64,000 bases of DNA from Acidimicrobiia bacterium (GCA_965215185.1 OZ244034.1:2848001-2912000); one strand, 5' to 3'. Numbered from the stretch's first letter, positions 1 to 10,790 are shown. Notes: a model not told the origin generated them from the letters alone. Translations and numbers: made by a program.

Positions 1-243
1 TTGGGCCAGTGTCTCGGATCGGGCGTTGATGTGAAACGTCTTGAGGTCCGAAGCCCAGTGGGGTATCAGACCCCAGCGCATGGTCTCCAGGCGGGTCTGC
101 CCTTTGTGGTGGCGGGCGGCGTAGATGGGATCGGTGGGCGCCACGTTCCAGCTGGGGGAAAGGGGTTCGCTTACTATCTCGTCTACTTCCAGGTACTCCC
201 CGTATTGATAGGGGTCTCGCGCCTGGCCGAACCTGCCGCACAT
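1..243 (-). CDS. SOS response-associated peptidase (SRAP/YedK/HMCES family), 5' part; runs off window start
   Basis: Not in the ORF track. Manual minus-strand translation from ATG 243 gives MCGRFGQ...PSWNVAPT...MRWGLIPHW...INARSET, with the SRAP motifs and catalytic Cys2. TACACT -10 lies 7 nt upstream of the ATG. Confidence 0.92.
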   Translation of the reverse strand, partial: MCGRFGQARDPYQYGEYLEVDEIVSEPLSPSWNVAPTDPIYAARHHKGQTRLETMRWGLIPHWASDLKTFHINARSETLAQ

Positions 244-285
244 CCAAAGTAGTGTAAGAACGCACCGCACAAAGGAGCCCTCACT

Positions 286-693
286 ATGCCTAACTTGGAA
301 GAGTTCTGTACCATCACCGCCGCCCTCAAACCCCGGATGTTGGGCAAGACTCCGGCCGGTGTCCGTATTGACTTTGCTTTCGAGGGCAGCGCCGTGAGTC
401 CCCACTGGGAGGGATCCCGGCCAGTGTCGGGGACCGATTACGCCACCGTCCGTTCCGACGGAAATCTCGACCTCGATATCAGAAGCGTGATCGGTTCAGG
501 ACGCAAAACCGTCTCCTATCGGGGAACCGGCGTCAGCATCATGAAGTCAAAGACCGAAGCCATGCCGCGGGAACTCCTGACCTTCCAAACCTCCGACGAA
601 GAGCTGTCCTGGCTCAATACATCCATAGGAGTCGCGGTCGGCCAAGGTCAAGGATTAGACCTGACGCTCACCGTGTATGTCGTAAAGGACTGA
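286..693 (+). CDS. DUF3237-like beta-barrel protein
   Basis: AAGGAG RBS; LGKTPAGVR...GTDYATVRSDG.LDLDIR...FQTSDEELSWLN pattern resembles DUF3237. Confidence 0.65.
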   Translation: MPNLEEFCTITAALKPRMLGKTPAGVRIDFAFEGSAVSPHWEGSRPVSGTDYATVRSDGNLDLDIRSVIGSGRKTVSYRGTGVSIMKSKTEAMPRELLTFQTSDEELSWLNTSIGVAVGQGQGLDLTLTVYVVKD

Positions 694-793
694 GCAAACC
701 CGGCGCCAAGTCTCTCTTACGGGATCTCGCCAATTTAAAAGACCGTGTGGCGAAATTCGGTGTGGCGAAACCCCCCTACCGGAGGCAGGTGGC

Positions 794-1567
794 CTACGCC
801 GAGCGGAAGTCGGCTTTCCGCTTCTCCTTGAACGCTGTGACGCCCTCATGAAAGAGCGCCGATTTGCCCAAATGACCCTGGCTGGCCGCCTCGGCATCCA
901 ATCCCTTGGCAAAAGCCAGAGCCGAAGTCCGATAGAGCAGCCGTCGGTTGGCGGCGTAGGCAGAGGTGGGGCCGTCGCAGAGTCTCTTTGCCCAGTCCAT
1001 GGCCTCTGCCACAGCTTCTCCCTCGGCTGACACCCGATGACAGAGCCCAATTTCCGAAGACTCCTGGGCGCTCACCTTCCTTCCGGACATAGTGATCTCA
1101 ATGGCTCGGCCCAGCCCCACCATCTGAGGAAGGAACCAGGCGGTACCCGAGTCGGGAGTGAGCCCCAGATGAATGAAGGCGCTCATGAAATACGACCCGG
1201 GGTCCATGATCCGCAGATCGCAACTGAGGGCAATTCCCATTCCCGCTCCGGCAGCCGGCCCATTGATCGCCGCCAGGGTGGGAACCTGCGACTCCTGAAG
1301 GGCGTTGATCAGAGGATGAAAATCGCGGTGCAGGATAGTTTCCAGGTCTCCCACCTTCTCCAACTCCTTGGTCAACTCCATCAGGTCCGCCCCGGCGCAA
1401 AAGGCTCGCCCTTCGCCGGTAATCACTGTTGCCCGGGCCTCGCCAGCAGCTTGTTGAATGGCCTCGGTGAGTTCTCGGGCCATCGGCAGGGTGATGGCGT
1501 TATAGCGGGCGGGGCGCCGAAGAGTCACCACGGCTACTTCCCCTACCAACTCATATCCGCATTGCAT
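794..1567 (-). CDS. Enoyl-CoA hydratase/isomerase (PaaG-like crotonase)
   Basis: GRAFCAGADL, AAINGPAAGAG, CDLRI, LGLTPDSG and AFKEKRKADF motifs. Confidence 0.9.
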   Translation of the reverse strand: MQCGYELVGEVAVVTLRRPARYNAITLPMARELTEAIQQAAGEARATVITGEGRAFCAGADLMELTKELEKVGDLETILHRDFHPLINALQESQVPTLAAINGPAAGAGMGIALSCDLRIMDPGSYFMSAFIHLGLTPDSGTAWFLPQMVGLGRAIEITMSGRKVSAQESSEIGLCHRVSAEGEAVAEAMDWAKRLCDGPTSAYAANRRLLYRTSALAFAKGLDAEAASQGHLGKSALFHEGVTAFKEKRKADFRSA

Positions 1568-1691
1568 AGCCGGAACCTTTCATTTCGATCTGGCCTTCAC
1601 GGTAACAAAGTACCGCTTGATATCCTATCGATGGGGTAGCCTCAACTTATCCTGCTGTCCCCAACTAACCCTTATACGCTCATCTCCTAGA

Positions 1692-2930
1692 ATGCCAGCC
1701 AGATGCTCTTTTTGTAGTCGGCTCCCCGGCGCCGGTTCCTATGTGGTGGCCGGGCCCAAGGGAGTCGGTATTTGCGACGAGTGTGCTGTCACTGCCCACA
1801 CGGTTGCGCAGGAGGCGCTTCGTCCCGAGGGGACCGACCGGCTGGTTACCGGAATCGGCCGTTTGATGACCAATGACCCTTCCTGGGGGAGCAAGTTGGG
1901 CGTCATTGACGAAGCGGCGGTGGCGATTCGCAAGGGCAGGGTGGCCTGGGTGGGAAAGGAGAGCGAGATCCCGAGGCAACTCGAAGTCCTGCCCCGATTG
2001 GACTGTGAAGGCCGGGTGGCAGTTCCAGGGTTTGTGGATGCCTTCTGCCAAGTGACCGGTTCACCGGAACAGCCGGAAACGTCCAACGGAACTCCGGTTA
2101 TCGAAACGGCGGCTGAATGGGCTGGCCGGCTTCTGGCCGGTGGGGTGACTTGCCTTTTGGTGTCGGTAACGACCCGGGGAGATCCCCAGGAGGATCAACA
2201 CCGCCTCTCTGCTGCGGCCATGCTGAGAGAGCAGCTTCCTCTCAAGGTCGTGACCAATTGGATGGTGGGACCAGGTGCTGGAATCTCCCCCAATGATTCG
2301 GATGGACGCAACATTCTACGTGAGCTCGCCCAATACACATCCTGTTTGTCGGTGATGGTGGGTGCGGGAGGGTTTTCTACTGTCAATGTGCAGAAGCTAT
2401 GTGGTCCTATGGGGAGCATTCGCAAACGGATACGACTGCATGGCAGTCCAGACATCCCCGCCGCACTGGTTCGGTCCCTTCGGCCCTTGGCAGTGCAGGA
2501 CATGAATGAATTGGACGAGTGGACGGTGCAGGCGCTACGCACCAACGGCGGGGCGGTGGTGGTGCTGCCCATGGCCAGCATCCGAGCTTGGTTACCAATC
2601 AGAAGCCTGATGGAGTTGGGCATAGCGGTGGCCCTGGGTACCGACTGCCTGCCCGGCGAACGTTCTGTTACCTCTATGCCATTTTTGGTGTGGGTTGCTT
2701 CGGAAACGGGTGGGGTGCCGATTGAGACTGCATTGTGGTGTGCGACCCTGGGTGGTGCACGTGCTCTGGGCGACAAGGGAAGAGGATGGCTCGGCCGGGG
2801 CGCGGTCGGAGATCTGGCGGTCCTGGACGTCGGCAATTTCCACGAGTTAGCCAATCACCCCGACCTGCCGATGGTGTGGGAGTTGATCCGGGAGGGCGAT
2901 CTGACTGCGGTTGGCCAGGCTGCCCGATAG
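1692..2930 (+). CDS. ClpX-type C4 zinc finger fused to a degenerate imidazolonepropionase (HutI)-like amidohydrolase
   Basis: N-terminal CSFC...VAGPKGVGICDEC; then PGFVD, ALGTDCLPG, ATLGGARAL and GDLAVLD amidohydrolase motifs. The HxH metal motif is absent. Confidence 0.75.
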   Translation: MPARCSFCSRLPGAGSYVVAGPKGVGICDECAVTAHTVAQEALRPEGTDRLVTGIGRLMTNDPSWGSKLGVIDEAAVAIRKGRVAWVGKESEIPRQLEVLPRLDCEGRVAVPGFVDAFCQVTGSPEQPETSNGTPVIETAAEWAGRLLAGGVTCLLVSVTTRGDPQEDQHRLSAAAMLREQLPLKVVTNWMVGPGAGISPNDSDGRNILRELAQYTSCLSVMVGAGGFSTVNVQKLCGPMGSIRKRIRLHGSPDIPAALVRSLRPLAVQDMNELDEWTVQALRTNGGAVVVLPMASIRAWLPIRSLMELGIAVALGTDCLPGERSVTSMPFLVWVASETGGVPIETALWCATLGGARALGDKGRGWLGRGAVGDLAVLDVGNFHELANHPDLPMVWELIREGDLTAVGQAAR

Positions 2931-2931
2931 G

Positions 2932-3720
2932 ATGAATCCAAGGTTCGATTCCCTTCCGCTGGCGATCTCTCATCGGGGAGGGGCGGCGCTGTGGCCCGAG
3001 AACACCATGGAGGCATTCTCCAAGTCGGTGGAGATGGGCTATCAGTGGATCGAGACCGACCTTCACGTGACTTCCGATGGAAGGGTGGTGTGTGTACACG
3101 ATCCCACCTTGGAACGAACCACCAACGGTCAAGGAGAGGTGACGAAGCTGCCTTGGAGAGAAGTAAAAGAATTGGATGCCGGCTACCACCACCTCCCTGA
3201 TCAAGGCTTTCCCTTCCGCGCAAAGGGAGTGCGGATCCCCTGTCTGGAGGAGGTGGCCCAGTCCTTTCCGGATCTGTCCATGGTGTTGGAACTCAAAGCC
3301 GATCACACCGAGGAGCCTCTGCTCAAAGTGATTCGCCGCATGGGGCTGGGCGATCGGGTGATAGTCGGGTCCTTTTCCGACGCTCGACTGGCCAAGCTGA
3401 GGGAGCTTTCGGGCGGAAGCCTGGCCACTTCCGCCGGCGAGATGGAGGTGACTCGATTGGTCAAGGCAGCCTGGCTGGGCCGATCCGCGCGCAGTGATCA
3501 CTCCGCCCTATTAATCCCGCCTCGCTCCGGTCTTGTCCCCCTCGTAACCCGACGAACGGTGCGGGCCTACCATCGGATGGGCTTGGAGGTGCAGGTATGG
3601 ACCGTGGACCGCCCGGCCCGGATGCGCAGGCTGTTGGATGCGGGAGTTGACGGGATCATGACTGACCGGCCCGATCTTCTCCGAGAGGTGTTCAGCGCCA
3701 GGGGAATTTGGGAAAGATGA
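2932..3720 (+). CDS. Glycerophosphodiester phosphodiesterase
   Basis: SHRGG, PENT, IETD, HDPTLERTTNG, ELK, WTVD and GIMTDRP motifs. Confidence 0.93.
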   Translation: MNPRFDSLPLAISHRGGAALWPENTMEAFSKSVEMGYQWIETDLHVTSDGRVVCVHDPTLERTTNGQGEVTKLPWREVKELDAGYHHLPDQGFPFRAKGVRIPCLEEVAQSFPDLSMVLELKADHTEEPLLKVIRRMGLGDRVIVGSFSDARLAKLRELSGGSLATSAGEMEVTRLVKAAWLGRSARSDHSALLIPPRSGLVPLVTRRTVRAYHRMGLEVQVWTVDRPARMRRLLDAGVDGIMTDRPDLLREVFSARGIWER

Positions 3721-4544
3721 CATCCTCTTACTACGACTCGGATCAGCCTCGCAAGCTACTCATTTCGGAGGTGGCGAATCTGCGACGTTACCGGGGGCTG
3801 TTGCGACTCCTAGTCCGAAGGGATCTCACCGTGCGCTACAAACGTTCCATGCTGGGAGTGTGGTGGACGCTGTTGAATCCGCTCCTGACCGTGGGGGTGA
3901 TGTGGGCGGTGTTCAGCACCATTTTCCGCTTTGAGATCCCCGGGAATGTTCCTTATGTGGTGTACGTGTTGTCGGGGGTGATGCTGATCACCTTTTTCTC
4001 CCAGGGAGTAGTGGCCTCAGGGTCATCGATTGTCGACTCGGCCGGGGTCCTGTCCAAGGTGTACGTTCCTGCCGAGGTTTTCGCCGTTGCTCCGGCGCTG
4101 GCGGCACTGGTGAATTTCGGCATCAACATCGCATTACTGTTGGTGGTGCAAATGTTCGCCGGGGTGGGGATTCCTCTCACCGCCCTCCTGGCGCCGATTC
4201 CCCTGCTGTTCCTGGCGATGTTTGTGGCGGGGTTGGGGATGATAGTGGCGTCTCTGGCAGTGGCCTACCGGGATGTGCTCGACATAGTGGGGGTGCTGCT
4301 CACCCTCACCATGTACGGCACTCCCGGCTTCTACCCGGTCACCATCGTCCCTGACAGGTTTCTTTTCCTGATCCACATCAACCCTCTCTACTCCTATCTG
4401 GAGGTGTTTCGGGGCCTGGTCTATGGGGGGACCTTCGCCCCGGGGTGGATGTGGACGGTGATGGTGCTCACCGCCTGCGCGGCGCTGCTGGGAGGCGCAT
4501 GGAGATTCTCCCGTTCTTGGCGACGACTGGCGGTGCTGATGTGA
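3717..4544 (+). CDS. ABC-2 polysaccharide/teichoic-acid export permease (Wzm/TagG family)
   Basis: RDLTVRYKRSMLGVWWTLLNP, YRD, TPGFYP and INPL motifs; ATGA overlap with the upstream gene. Confidence 0.9.
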   Translation: MTSSYYDSDQPRKLLISEVANLRRYRGLLRLLVRRDLTVRYKRSMLGVWWTLLNPLLTVGVMWAVFSTIFRFEIPGNVPYVVYVLSGVMLITFFSQGVVASGSSIVDSAGVLSKVYVPAEVFAVAPALAALVNFGINIALLLVVQMFAGVGIPLTALLAPIPLLFLAMFVAGLGMIVASLAVAYRDVLDIVGVLLTLTMYGTPGFYPVTIVPDRFLFLIHINPLYSYLEVFRGLVYGGTFAPGWMWTVMVLTACAALLGGAWRFSRSWRRLAVLM

Positions 4545-5278
4545 ACTCTCCGGCAGTTGAGTGTCGAGACGTCTCCTTGGTCTATCCCCTGGTCAGGGAT
4601 CGTCCCGGTACTTTCAAGGAACAGGTGATCCGCTCCCTGCGGCGAAGGATCGAAGTCGAGGAGCTAAAGGCCATCCAGGATTTGTCGCTGCGGGTTAACT
4701 ACGGGGAAGTGGTAGGGGTGATCGGCGACAACGGAGCGGGGAAATCGACTCTGATGAAGATAATCGCCCGCGTGCTGCCCCCCACCGGGGGGAGAGTGAT
4801 CGTCAGGGGTTTGGTAGCGCCGCTCATCGAGTTGGGGGCGGGTTTCAACATAGAGTTGACCGCATTCGAAAACGTGGTCCTGTACGGGGCGATCCTGGGC
4901 CGCTCCCCAGGGGAGATGGCCGACCGGGCAACCGACATCATTGACTGGGCCGGGCTCTCGGAGTTCGCCGATGTGGCGGTGCGGGCCTTTTCTTCGGGAA
5001 TGTTGGCCCGACTGGGATTCTCCATAGCCACCGACGTCAATCCCGATGTGCTGCTGGTCGACGAGATTCTCAGTGTGGGGGATCAGAGCTTTCGGGAAAG
5101 GTCCCGGGAGCGGGTCAAGAATGTCATGGAGCGGGGAGCGGCCACCGTGTTGGTTTCCCACGACATGAAGATGATCCAAGACCTGGCTTCCCGGGTGATA
5201 TGGCTGGACAGGGGAAGAATCCGAAAAGAAGGCTCCCCGGCGGATGTGATCTCCGCTTACACCGGGGGCGATTCCTAG
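4541..5278 (+). CDS. ABC polysaccharide export ATPase (Wzt/TagH family, no C-terminal carbohydrate-binding domain)
   Basis: GDNGAGKST, ELGAGF, FSSGMLARLGF, LLVDE and VSHD motifs; GTGA overlap. Confidence 0.92.
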   Translation: MNSPAVECRDVSLVYPLVRDRPGTFKEQVIRSLRRRIEVEELKAIQDLSLRVNYGEVVGVIGDNGAGKSTLMKIIARVLPPTGGRVIVRGLVAPLIELGAGFNIELTAFENVVLYGAILGRSPGEMADRATDIIDWAGLSEFADVAVRAFSSGMLARLGFSIATDVNPDVLLVDEILSVGDQSFRERSRERVKNVMERGAATVLVSHDMKMIQDLASRVIWLDRGRIRKEGSPADVISAYTGGDS

Positions 5279-6135
5279 AGCAGGTGTGCGAACCCGGCCC
5301 GGTCCTCTGGGGTGATCGGCAACAGCGGAGCACGGCACCGTCCCACTTGCAGTCCCACCATCTCTGATGCTGCTTTGACGCCTGGAATGCCGTAGCGGGC
5401 GACCGCGTCGTTGGCGACGGTTAAACGGTTTTGGCTCTTCATATCTCCCGGAGGGTGCTCCAGTGCGGCAGCCACCACTTCCAGACTCAGCTGAGGCACG
5501 TAATTGGCGGCCGCCAGAATAACGCCGTACGTTCCCGCTGCCACGGTCAACGTCACCGACTGGGCTGATCCGTTATACAGGGCGAAATTGTCGGGAAGAC
5601 CGGTCAGGATCCTCTGGATACGGATGGCATCTCCGCTGGAGTCCTTCATACCCAGCACATTGGGGTGTTGCGCCAGTTTCCAGACCGCCTCCAGCGGCAG
5701 GGAGTAGGCGGTCACCCCCGGCACCGAATAGAGAAACACGGGGAGGGGGGACTCGTCCGCCACCTCTTGGTAAAAGGCGCTCACGAAGTTGGTGCGATTG
5801 CGGGAGAGGGTGGTGGGGGTTAATACCAGCGCCGCGTCGGCGCCGCCCTCGGCGGCCTCGGCGATCTGGCCTTTGGCGGCCCGGTTGGTCTCGGCGTTTA
5901 TCCCGCACAGAAGATAGGCCTCGTCTCCGAGGCTCTCTCGGGAGGCGGAGGCGAGTCGTCGTCTTTCTCCGTTCTCCAAAAGGGGACCCTCACCGGTGGA
6001 CCCACCCAGCACAAAACCCTCGTATCCCAGTTCACCAAGGAACGAAAGATTGTGACGGTGAGCATCCAGATCGAGTTCCTGCTGGTCATCGAAGGGAGTA
6101 ATGATGGCAGGCATAGCCCTTGGCAGTGTTTTCAT
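5275..6135 (-). CDS. Dihydrodipicolinate synthase/N-acetylneuraminate lyase family aldolase
   Basis: ITPF, GSTGE, LYSVP and Schiff-base GMKDSSGD motifs. Confidence 0.88.
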   Translation of the reverse strand: MKTLPRAMPAIITPFDDQQELDLDAHRHNLSFLGELGYEGFVLGGSTGEGPLLENGERRRLASASRESLGDEAYLLCGINAETNRAAKGQIAEAAEGGADAALVLTPTTLSRNRTNFVSAFYQEVADESPLPVFLYSVPGVTAYSLPLEAVWKLAQHPNVLGMKDSSGDAIRIQRILTGLPDNFALYNGSAQSVTLTVAAGTYGVILAAANYVPQLSLEVVAAALEHPPGDMKSQNRLTVANDAVARYGIPGVKAASEMVGLQVGRCRAPLLPITPEDRAGFAHLL

Positions 6136-6202
6136 CAGGTTTGGATGATAACCGTCTTTTGACTGTTAGCCTTTGGCCGGAAGCTAATCAAGGAGCAAGA
6201 GA

Positions 6203-7186
6203 TTGAAGTTCGCCTGGTTATGTAGCCACGAGTCCTATCAGCCCGAAGTCTTGGTAGATCAAGCGGTGCGGGCGGAGGAAGCCGGATTCGACATGGTTTT
6301 GGGATCGGATCACTTCCACCCTTGGGTTGATGACAACTGCGCGGCAGGTTTCGTGTGGTCCTGGCTGGGAGCGGTTGCCGCTCTTACCGATGTGGAACTG
6401 GCCACTTCGGTTACCTGCCCCCTCTATCACTATCACCCCGCCCTGATCGCCCAAGCGGCGGCCACGGTGGATAGGTTGTCGGGAGGAAAATTCGTGCTGG
6501 GAGTGGGTACGGGGGAGAACATCAACGAGGGACCGATGGGATTCAAATTCGGTGACTACCGGGAGCGCATCAGAAGAATGCGGGAGGCATTGGAGATCAT
6601 GCATCGGTTGCTGGAGGGTGAGAAGCTCGACTTTGAGGGCGACTGGTACGTCACCGACAAGGCCAGGCTCTACAGCCCGCCGCCTCGCAAGACGCCCATC
6701 TGGATGGCTGCCGGAGGCCCTCAGTCAGCCACGTTTGCCGGCAGACGGTCCGATGGGCTGATCGTTAGCGTGAAAGCGCCGGCTGACGCTATCGAAAGGG
6801 TGATTGGACCCTTCCGCGCCTCCGCGGAAAAGTGGGGACGGGCCGGAACCGTCATGACCACCCGCTGGTGCGTGCTGGCCGGGGACGAATCCGAAGCTTG
6901 GGAAGCCCTGGGCAGCATGCGCGGTCTGCGGGCGCCCGGAAGGTTGCAGGCTGTCGATCCCATGGTTCTTCGGGAGAGGGCCGACTCCATGGAGCGGGAA
7001 GAAATCCTGGGCAAGTACACCATGGCTTCCAGTGTGGAGGATCTGATCGAGGTTTACCGGCCGTTGGTGACCGAAGTAGGCGCCGAGTACGTCGCAATCC
7101 AGATCGCTTCCACCAATCCCGACCGCACCCTGGAAATGGTCGAAAAGGAAGTTCTACCCGAACTACGGTCTTTGGTTGCTTCTTAG
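6203..7186 (+). CDS. F420-dependent LLM oxidoreductase, G6PDH (Fgd)-like
   Basis: SHE, SDHFHPW, TSVTCP, AQAAAT and LGVGTGENINE motifs; TTG start with AAGGAG RBS. Confidence 0.88.
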   Translation: MKFAWLCSHESYQPEVLVDQAVRAEEAGFDMVLGSDHFHPWVDDNCAAGFVWSWLGAVAALTDVELATSVTCPLYHYHPALIAQAAATVDRLSGGKFVLGVGTGENINEGPMGFKFGDYRERIRRMREALEIMHRLLEGEKLDFEGDWYVTDKARLYSPPPRKTPIWMAAGGPQSATFAGRRSDGLIVSVKAPADAIERVIGPFRASAEKWGRAGTVMTTRWCVLAGDESEAWEALGSMRGLRAPGRLQAVDPMVLRERADSMEREEILGKYTMASSVEDLIEVYRPLVTEVGAEYVAIQIASTNPDRTLEMVEKEVLPELRSLVAS

Positions 7187-7315
7187 GCTCGGTCTTGGCC
7201 TTTCCAAGTCCGGATCTCTATCCAGGCAGGCGCTGCGGTTGAAGGTGGGCGTCAATACAGTGCATTCCGAATAAGAACCCCCGCAGGGCGGTTACACACC
7301 CTTGCAGTTCGGTGG

Positions 7316-8068
7316 CTAGGCGGTTCGGCGGTTTCGGAGTTTGGCCTTTACGTAGTCGCGGTTCATCATGGCGATGAAGTCAATGGAAATCTGCTTGGGA
7401 CAGGCCGATTCGCATTCCCCGTGATTGGTGCAGGAACCGAAAAACTGTTCCATAGTGTCGACCATGCGTTCCGCTCGCAAATATCGCTCGGCGTTTCCCT
7501 GGGGTAGGAGGTTGAGATGGGATACTTTGGCGGCGGTGAACAGCTGGGCGGCGGAATTGGGACAGACCGCCACGCAGGCGCCGCACCCTATGCACGCCGC
7601 CGCGTCGAAGGCGGTTTCGGCTATCTGTTTGGGGACCGGGATCAGGTTGGCCTCGGGAGCGGATCCCGTGGCCACTGTGATGTATCCGCCCGCCTCTACG
7701 ATCCGATCGAAGGCCGAGCGGTCCACCACCAGGTCGCGGACTATTTCGAAGGCGGCGGCCCGCCATGGCTCGACCGTGATGGTGTCCCCATCCTCAAAGG
7801 TCCTCATGTGGAGTTGGCAGGTGGCCGTGGCCGCTTGCGGGCCGTGGGCGCGGCCGTTGATCATCACTCCACAGGTGCCGCAGATGCCTTCCCGGCAGTC
7901 AGAGTCGAAGGCAACCGGTTCTATCCCTTCCAGGGTAAGCCGCTCGTTTAGAACATCCAGCAACTCCAGAAAGGACATGTCCGGGGAGGCGTCGGAGACC
8001 TGGTACGTCTCAAATCCGCCCTGTTCCGATGGGCCCGCCTGACGCCACACTCGCAAAGTGATGTTCAT
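7316..8068 (-). CDS. sdhB: Succinate dehydrogenase/fumarate reductase iron-sulfur subunit
   Basis: [30 protein letters not shown] and [13 protein letters not shown] cluster motifs. Confidence 0.95.
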   Translation of the reverse strand: MNITLRVWRQAGPSEQGGFETYQVSDASPDMSFLELLDVLNERLTLEGIEPVAFDSDCREGICGTCGVMINGRAHGPQAATATCQLHMRTFEDGDTITVEPWRAAAFEIVRDLVVDRSAFDRIVEAGGYITVATGSAPEANLIPVPKQIAETAFDAAACIGCGACVAVCPNSAAQLFTAAKVSHLNLLPQGNAERYLRAERMVDTMEQFFGSCTNHGECESACPKQISIDFIAMMNRDYVKAKLRNRRTA

Positions 8069-9990
8069 TTGTAGCTCCGGGTGCTTAACTTGACATTCTC
8101 GAAGGTCAGGGGTTCCTCGCGCAGATCCGGGCGGGCCGGATCGCCCGTCCAAAACCAAGCCGAGACCGTGGCGAAATTCTCGTCATCGCGAACCGCCTCG
8201 CCTTGCGGGTTTTTGTGCTCATCCCGAAAGTGGCCGCCGCAGGACTCCTCGCGCTGGCGGGCGTCGAGGCACATGGCCATCGCCAATTCGAAGAAATCCT
8301 CCAGACGGGAGGCCTTCTCCAGAGTCTGGTTGAGGTTTTCTCCATCGCCGGGGACCCGGGCGGAGGCCCGAAACTCCTCGTACAGATCAGGCAAATCGCC
8401 TATGGCCTGATCGAGGCCTTGGCGGTTACGGGACATACCGCATTGGTCCCACACCACCTTGCCCAGGCGGCGATGAAAGTCGTCGACGGTGCGATTGCCT
8501 TTCATCGAGAGCAGGCGGGAAAGTCGGTCCTTCAGTTCCACCTCGGCCTGGGTGAAAGCCTGGTCGGAGGGGGAGGGAGGCTCCTCGTTCAAGAAGCTCG
8601 CCAAATAGTCGCCGATGGTGTAGGGGAGCACGAAGTATCCGTCTGCCAATCCCTGCATCAGGGCGGAGGCGCCCAGCCGGTTGGCGCCGTGGTCTGAGAA
8701 GTTGGCCTCTCCCAGCGCATAAAGACCGGGGATGGTGGTCATCAGGTTGTAGTCCACCCACAAACCGCCCATCGTGTAATGGGGAGCGGGATAAATACGC
8801 ATCGGTGCTTGGTAGGGATCTTCGTCGGTGATCCGGTTGTACATCTCGATGAGGTTGCCATAGCGAGCGGTGATTGCCTGGCGCCCCAGCCGGTTGATGG
8901 CGTCCTGAAAATCCAGGTATACCCCGTTCTTTTTCGCACCTACCCCATGTCCGGCGTCCACCACCCGCTTGGTGGCCCGGGAAGCCACGTCTCGGGGGAC
9001 CAGGTTGCCGAAAGAGGGATAGACCCTTTCCAGGTAGTAGTCCCGATCTGTTTCCGGTATATCGCCGGGCGCCCGGTTCTCGTCGGGGGATGTGGGCACC
9101 CAGACCCGGCCGTCGTTGCGAAGTGACTCCGACATGAGAGTCAACTTGGATTGAAAGTCTTCAGACGGGGGGATGCAAGTGGGATGAATCTGGGTGAAGC
9201 ACGGGTTGGCGAAGGCCGCTCCCCGTCGATGCGCACGCCAAGCCGCGGTGACATTGGCGGTCATGGCATTGGTGGACAGGTAGTAGACATTGGAATATCC
9301 GCCGGTGGCCAGCACCACCGCATGAGCAGAGTGAGAGTTGATCTCACCGGTCAGAAGGTCACGCACCACCACGCCCACCGCTCTTCCCTCTTTGAGCACC
9401 ACATCCATGAACTCGGTGCGAACCCACAGTTTCACCGCCCCCAGCCCCACCTGGCGAGCCAGGGCTTGGTAGGCCCCCAACAACAACTGCTGGCCGGTCT
9501 GCCCGCGGGAATAGAAAGTGCGCGATACCTGGGCGCCGCCAAAGGAGCGGTTGTCCAAGAGACCCCCATACTCGCGGGCGAAGGGCACGCCCTGCGCGGT
9601 GGCTTGGTCGATGATGTTCAACGAAAGCTGGGCCAACCGGTAGACATTGGCCTCCCGGGACCGGAAGTCGCCTCCTTTGATCGTGTCATAGAAGAGCCGG
9701 AAGATCGAATCGCCGTCGTTGCGATAGTTCTTGGCGGCGTTGATTCCGCCTTGGGCGGCGATGGAGTGAGCGCGGCGGGGAGAGTCATGGAAGGTGAAAA
9801 CGTCCACCCGGTAGCCGAGTTCCGCCAAGGTGGCCGCCGCCGAAGCGCCGGCCAGACCGGATCCGATCACGATGATCTTGAAGCGACGCTTGTTGGCGGG
9901 GTTTACCAGGTTGATGGAGAAACGGTGATTGTCCCAACTGTCGGTGAGGATGCCACCGGGTACTTTGGAATCCAACGGGACAGTAGTCAT
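8065..9990 (-). CDS. sdhA: Succinate dehydrogenase/fumarate reductase flavoprotein subunit
   Basis: [27 protein letters not shown] and HGANRLG motifs. Confidence 0.95.
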   Translation of the reverse strand: MTTVPLDSKVPGGILTDSWDNHRFSINLVNPANKRRFKIIVIGSGLAGASAAATLAELGYRVDVFTFHDSPRRAHSIAAQGGINAAKNYRNDGDSIFRLFYDTIKGGDFRSREANVYRLAQLSLNIIDQATAQGVPFAREYGGLLDNRSFGGAQVSRTFYSRGQTGQQLLLGAYQALARQVGLGAVKLWVRTEFMDVVLKEGRAVGVVVRDLLTGEINSHSAHAVVLATGGYSNVYYLSTNAMTANVTAAWRAHRRGAAFANPCFTQIHPTCIPPSEDFQSKLTLMSESLRNDGRVWVPTSPDENRAPGDIPETDRDYYLERVYPSFGNLVPRDVASRATKRVVDAGHGVGAKKNGVYLDFQDAINRLGRQAITARYGNLIEMYNRITDEDPYQAPMRIYPAPHYTMGGLWVDYNLMTTIPGLYALGEANFSDHGANRLGASALMQGLADGYFVLPYTIGDYLASFLNEEPPSPSDQAFTQAEVELKDRLSRLLSMKGNRTVDDFHRRLGKVVWDQCGMSRNRQGLDQAIGDLPDLYEEFRASARVPGDGENLNQTLEKASRLEDFFELAMAMCLDARQREESCGGHFRDEHKNPQGEAVRDDENFATVSAWFWTGDPARPDLREEPLTFENVKLSTRSYK

Positions 9991-10700
9991 CCCACCATTC
10001 CTGTCCAGATCGCCAGCGGGATGCTGACGTTGCCGATCACGATCACCGCGGCGAACGCTTGGGCGAACCATCTCCTCCAGCGCTTATAAGCAGGATGGGC
10101 CAACCCCAAACTTTGAAATAGTGACCAGGCGCCGTGATAGATATGGATCCCCAGCAGCAGATTGGCCACGACATACAGGATGGCCACTCCGCCCCGCGAC
10201 AAAGAGCCGAGCAGGTTATCCTCCACCGCCCCGGCCTGCCATCCCTCCGCCGCCATCGGAGTCACGCCCCAAGTCAGATCGGCCAGATGCCAGAACAGGA
10301 AAATGGCCACGATCACCCCGCTGTATCGCATGGTGCGAGAGGCGTAGCTGGCCACTGCGTAATCCCTGGGTCCCTCATAGCGGGTATTAGCCCGTCGGTT
10401 GAGCATGGTGAGGCTGGCCGCGGCGTGGATGTGGAGCAGGAAAGCGAACACCAACCCGGTGCGGGCTAGCCACAGGGCGGCCGTTTTGGGCAGGAATGGA
10501 TACAGCAGATTCCTGAGGAAGTGCGCGTAGGAATCGAGTTGGCCCTCACCGAGAAATACCTTTAGGTTGCCGATCATGTGAATCAACACGAATCCCAGCA
10601 GAGCAACACCGGTGATGCCCATCACCCACTTCTTTCCCACCGCGGACCGGTAAAACTCCACGGGCCAGGGTCGGCGGCGGGTTGCAGGGGGAGTGGTCAT
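9987..10700 (-). CDS. sdhC: Succinate dehydrogenase cytochrome b subunit (b558 type)
   Basis: [20 protein letters not shown], haem-ligand histidines in TM helices, [11 protein letters not shown]; operon context. Confidence 0.92.
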   Translation of the reverse strand: MTTPPATRRRPWPVEFYRSAVGKKWVMGITGVALLGFVLIHMIGNLKVFLGEGQLDSYAHFLRNLLYPFLPKTAALWLARTGLVFAFLLHIHAAASLTMLNRRANTRYEGPRDYAVASYASRTMRYSGVIVAIFLFWHLADLTWGVTPMAAEGWQAGAVEDNLLGSLSRGGVAILYVVANLLLGIHIYHGAWSLFQSLGLAHPAYKRWRRWFAQAFAAVIVIGNVSIPLAIWTGMVG

Positions 10701-10790
10701 GGGGTTTGGCTGGACATGGTCGGGGACATCGGTTGTCAGGGATTGTAAACACTTTGTGGCGTCTGGATGTTGTCCTTGGATATTTCTCAT

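Noticed and set aside
1-252. Plus-strand 83-aa ORF in the track
   Set aside because: Shadow of the minus-strand SRAP gene, which has clear family motifs.
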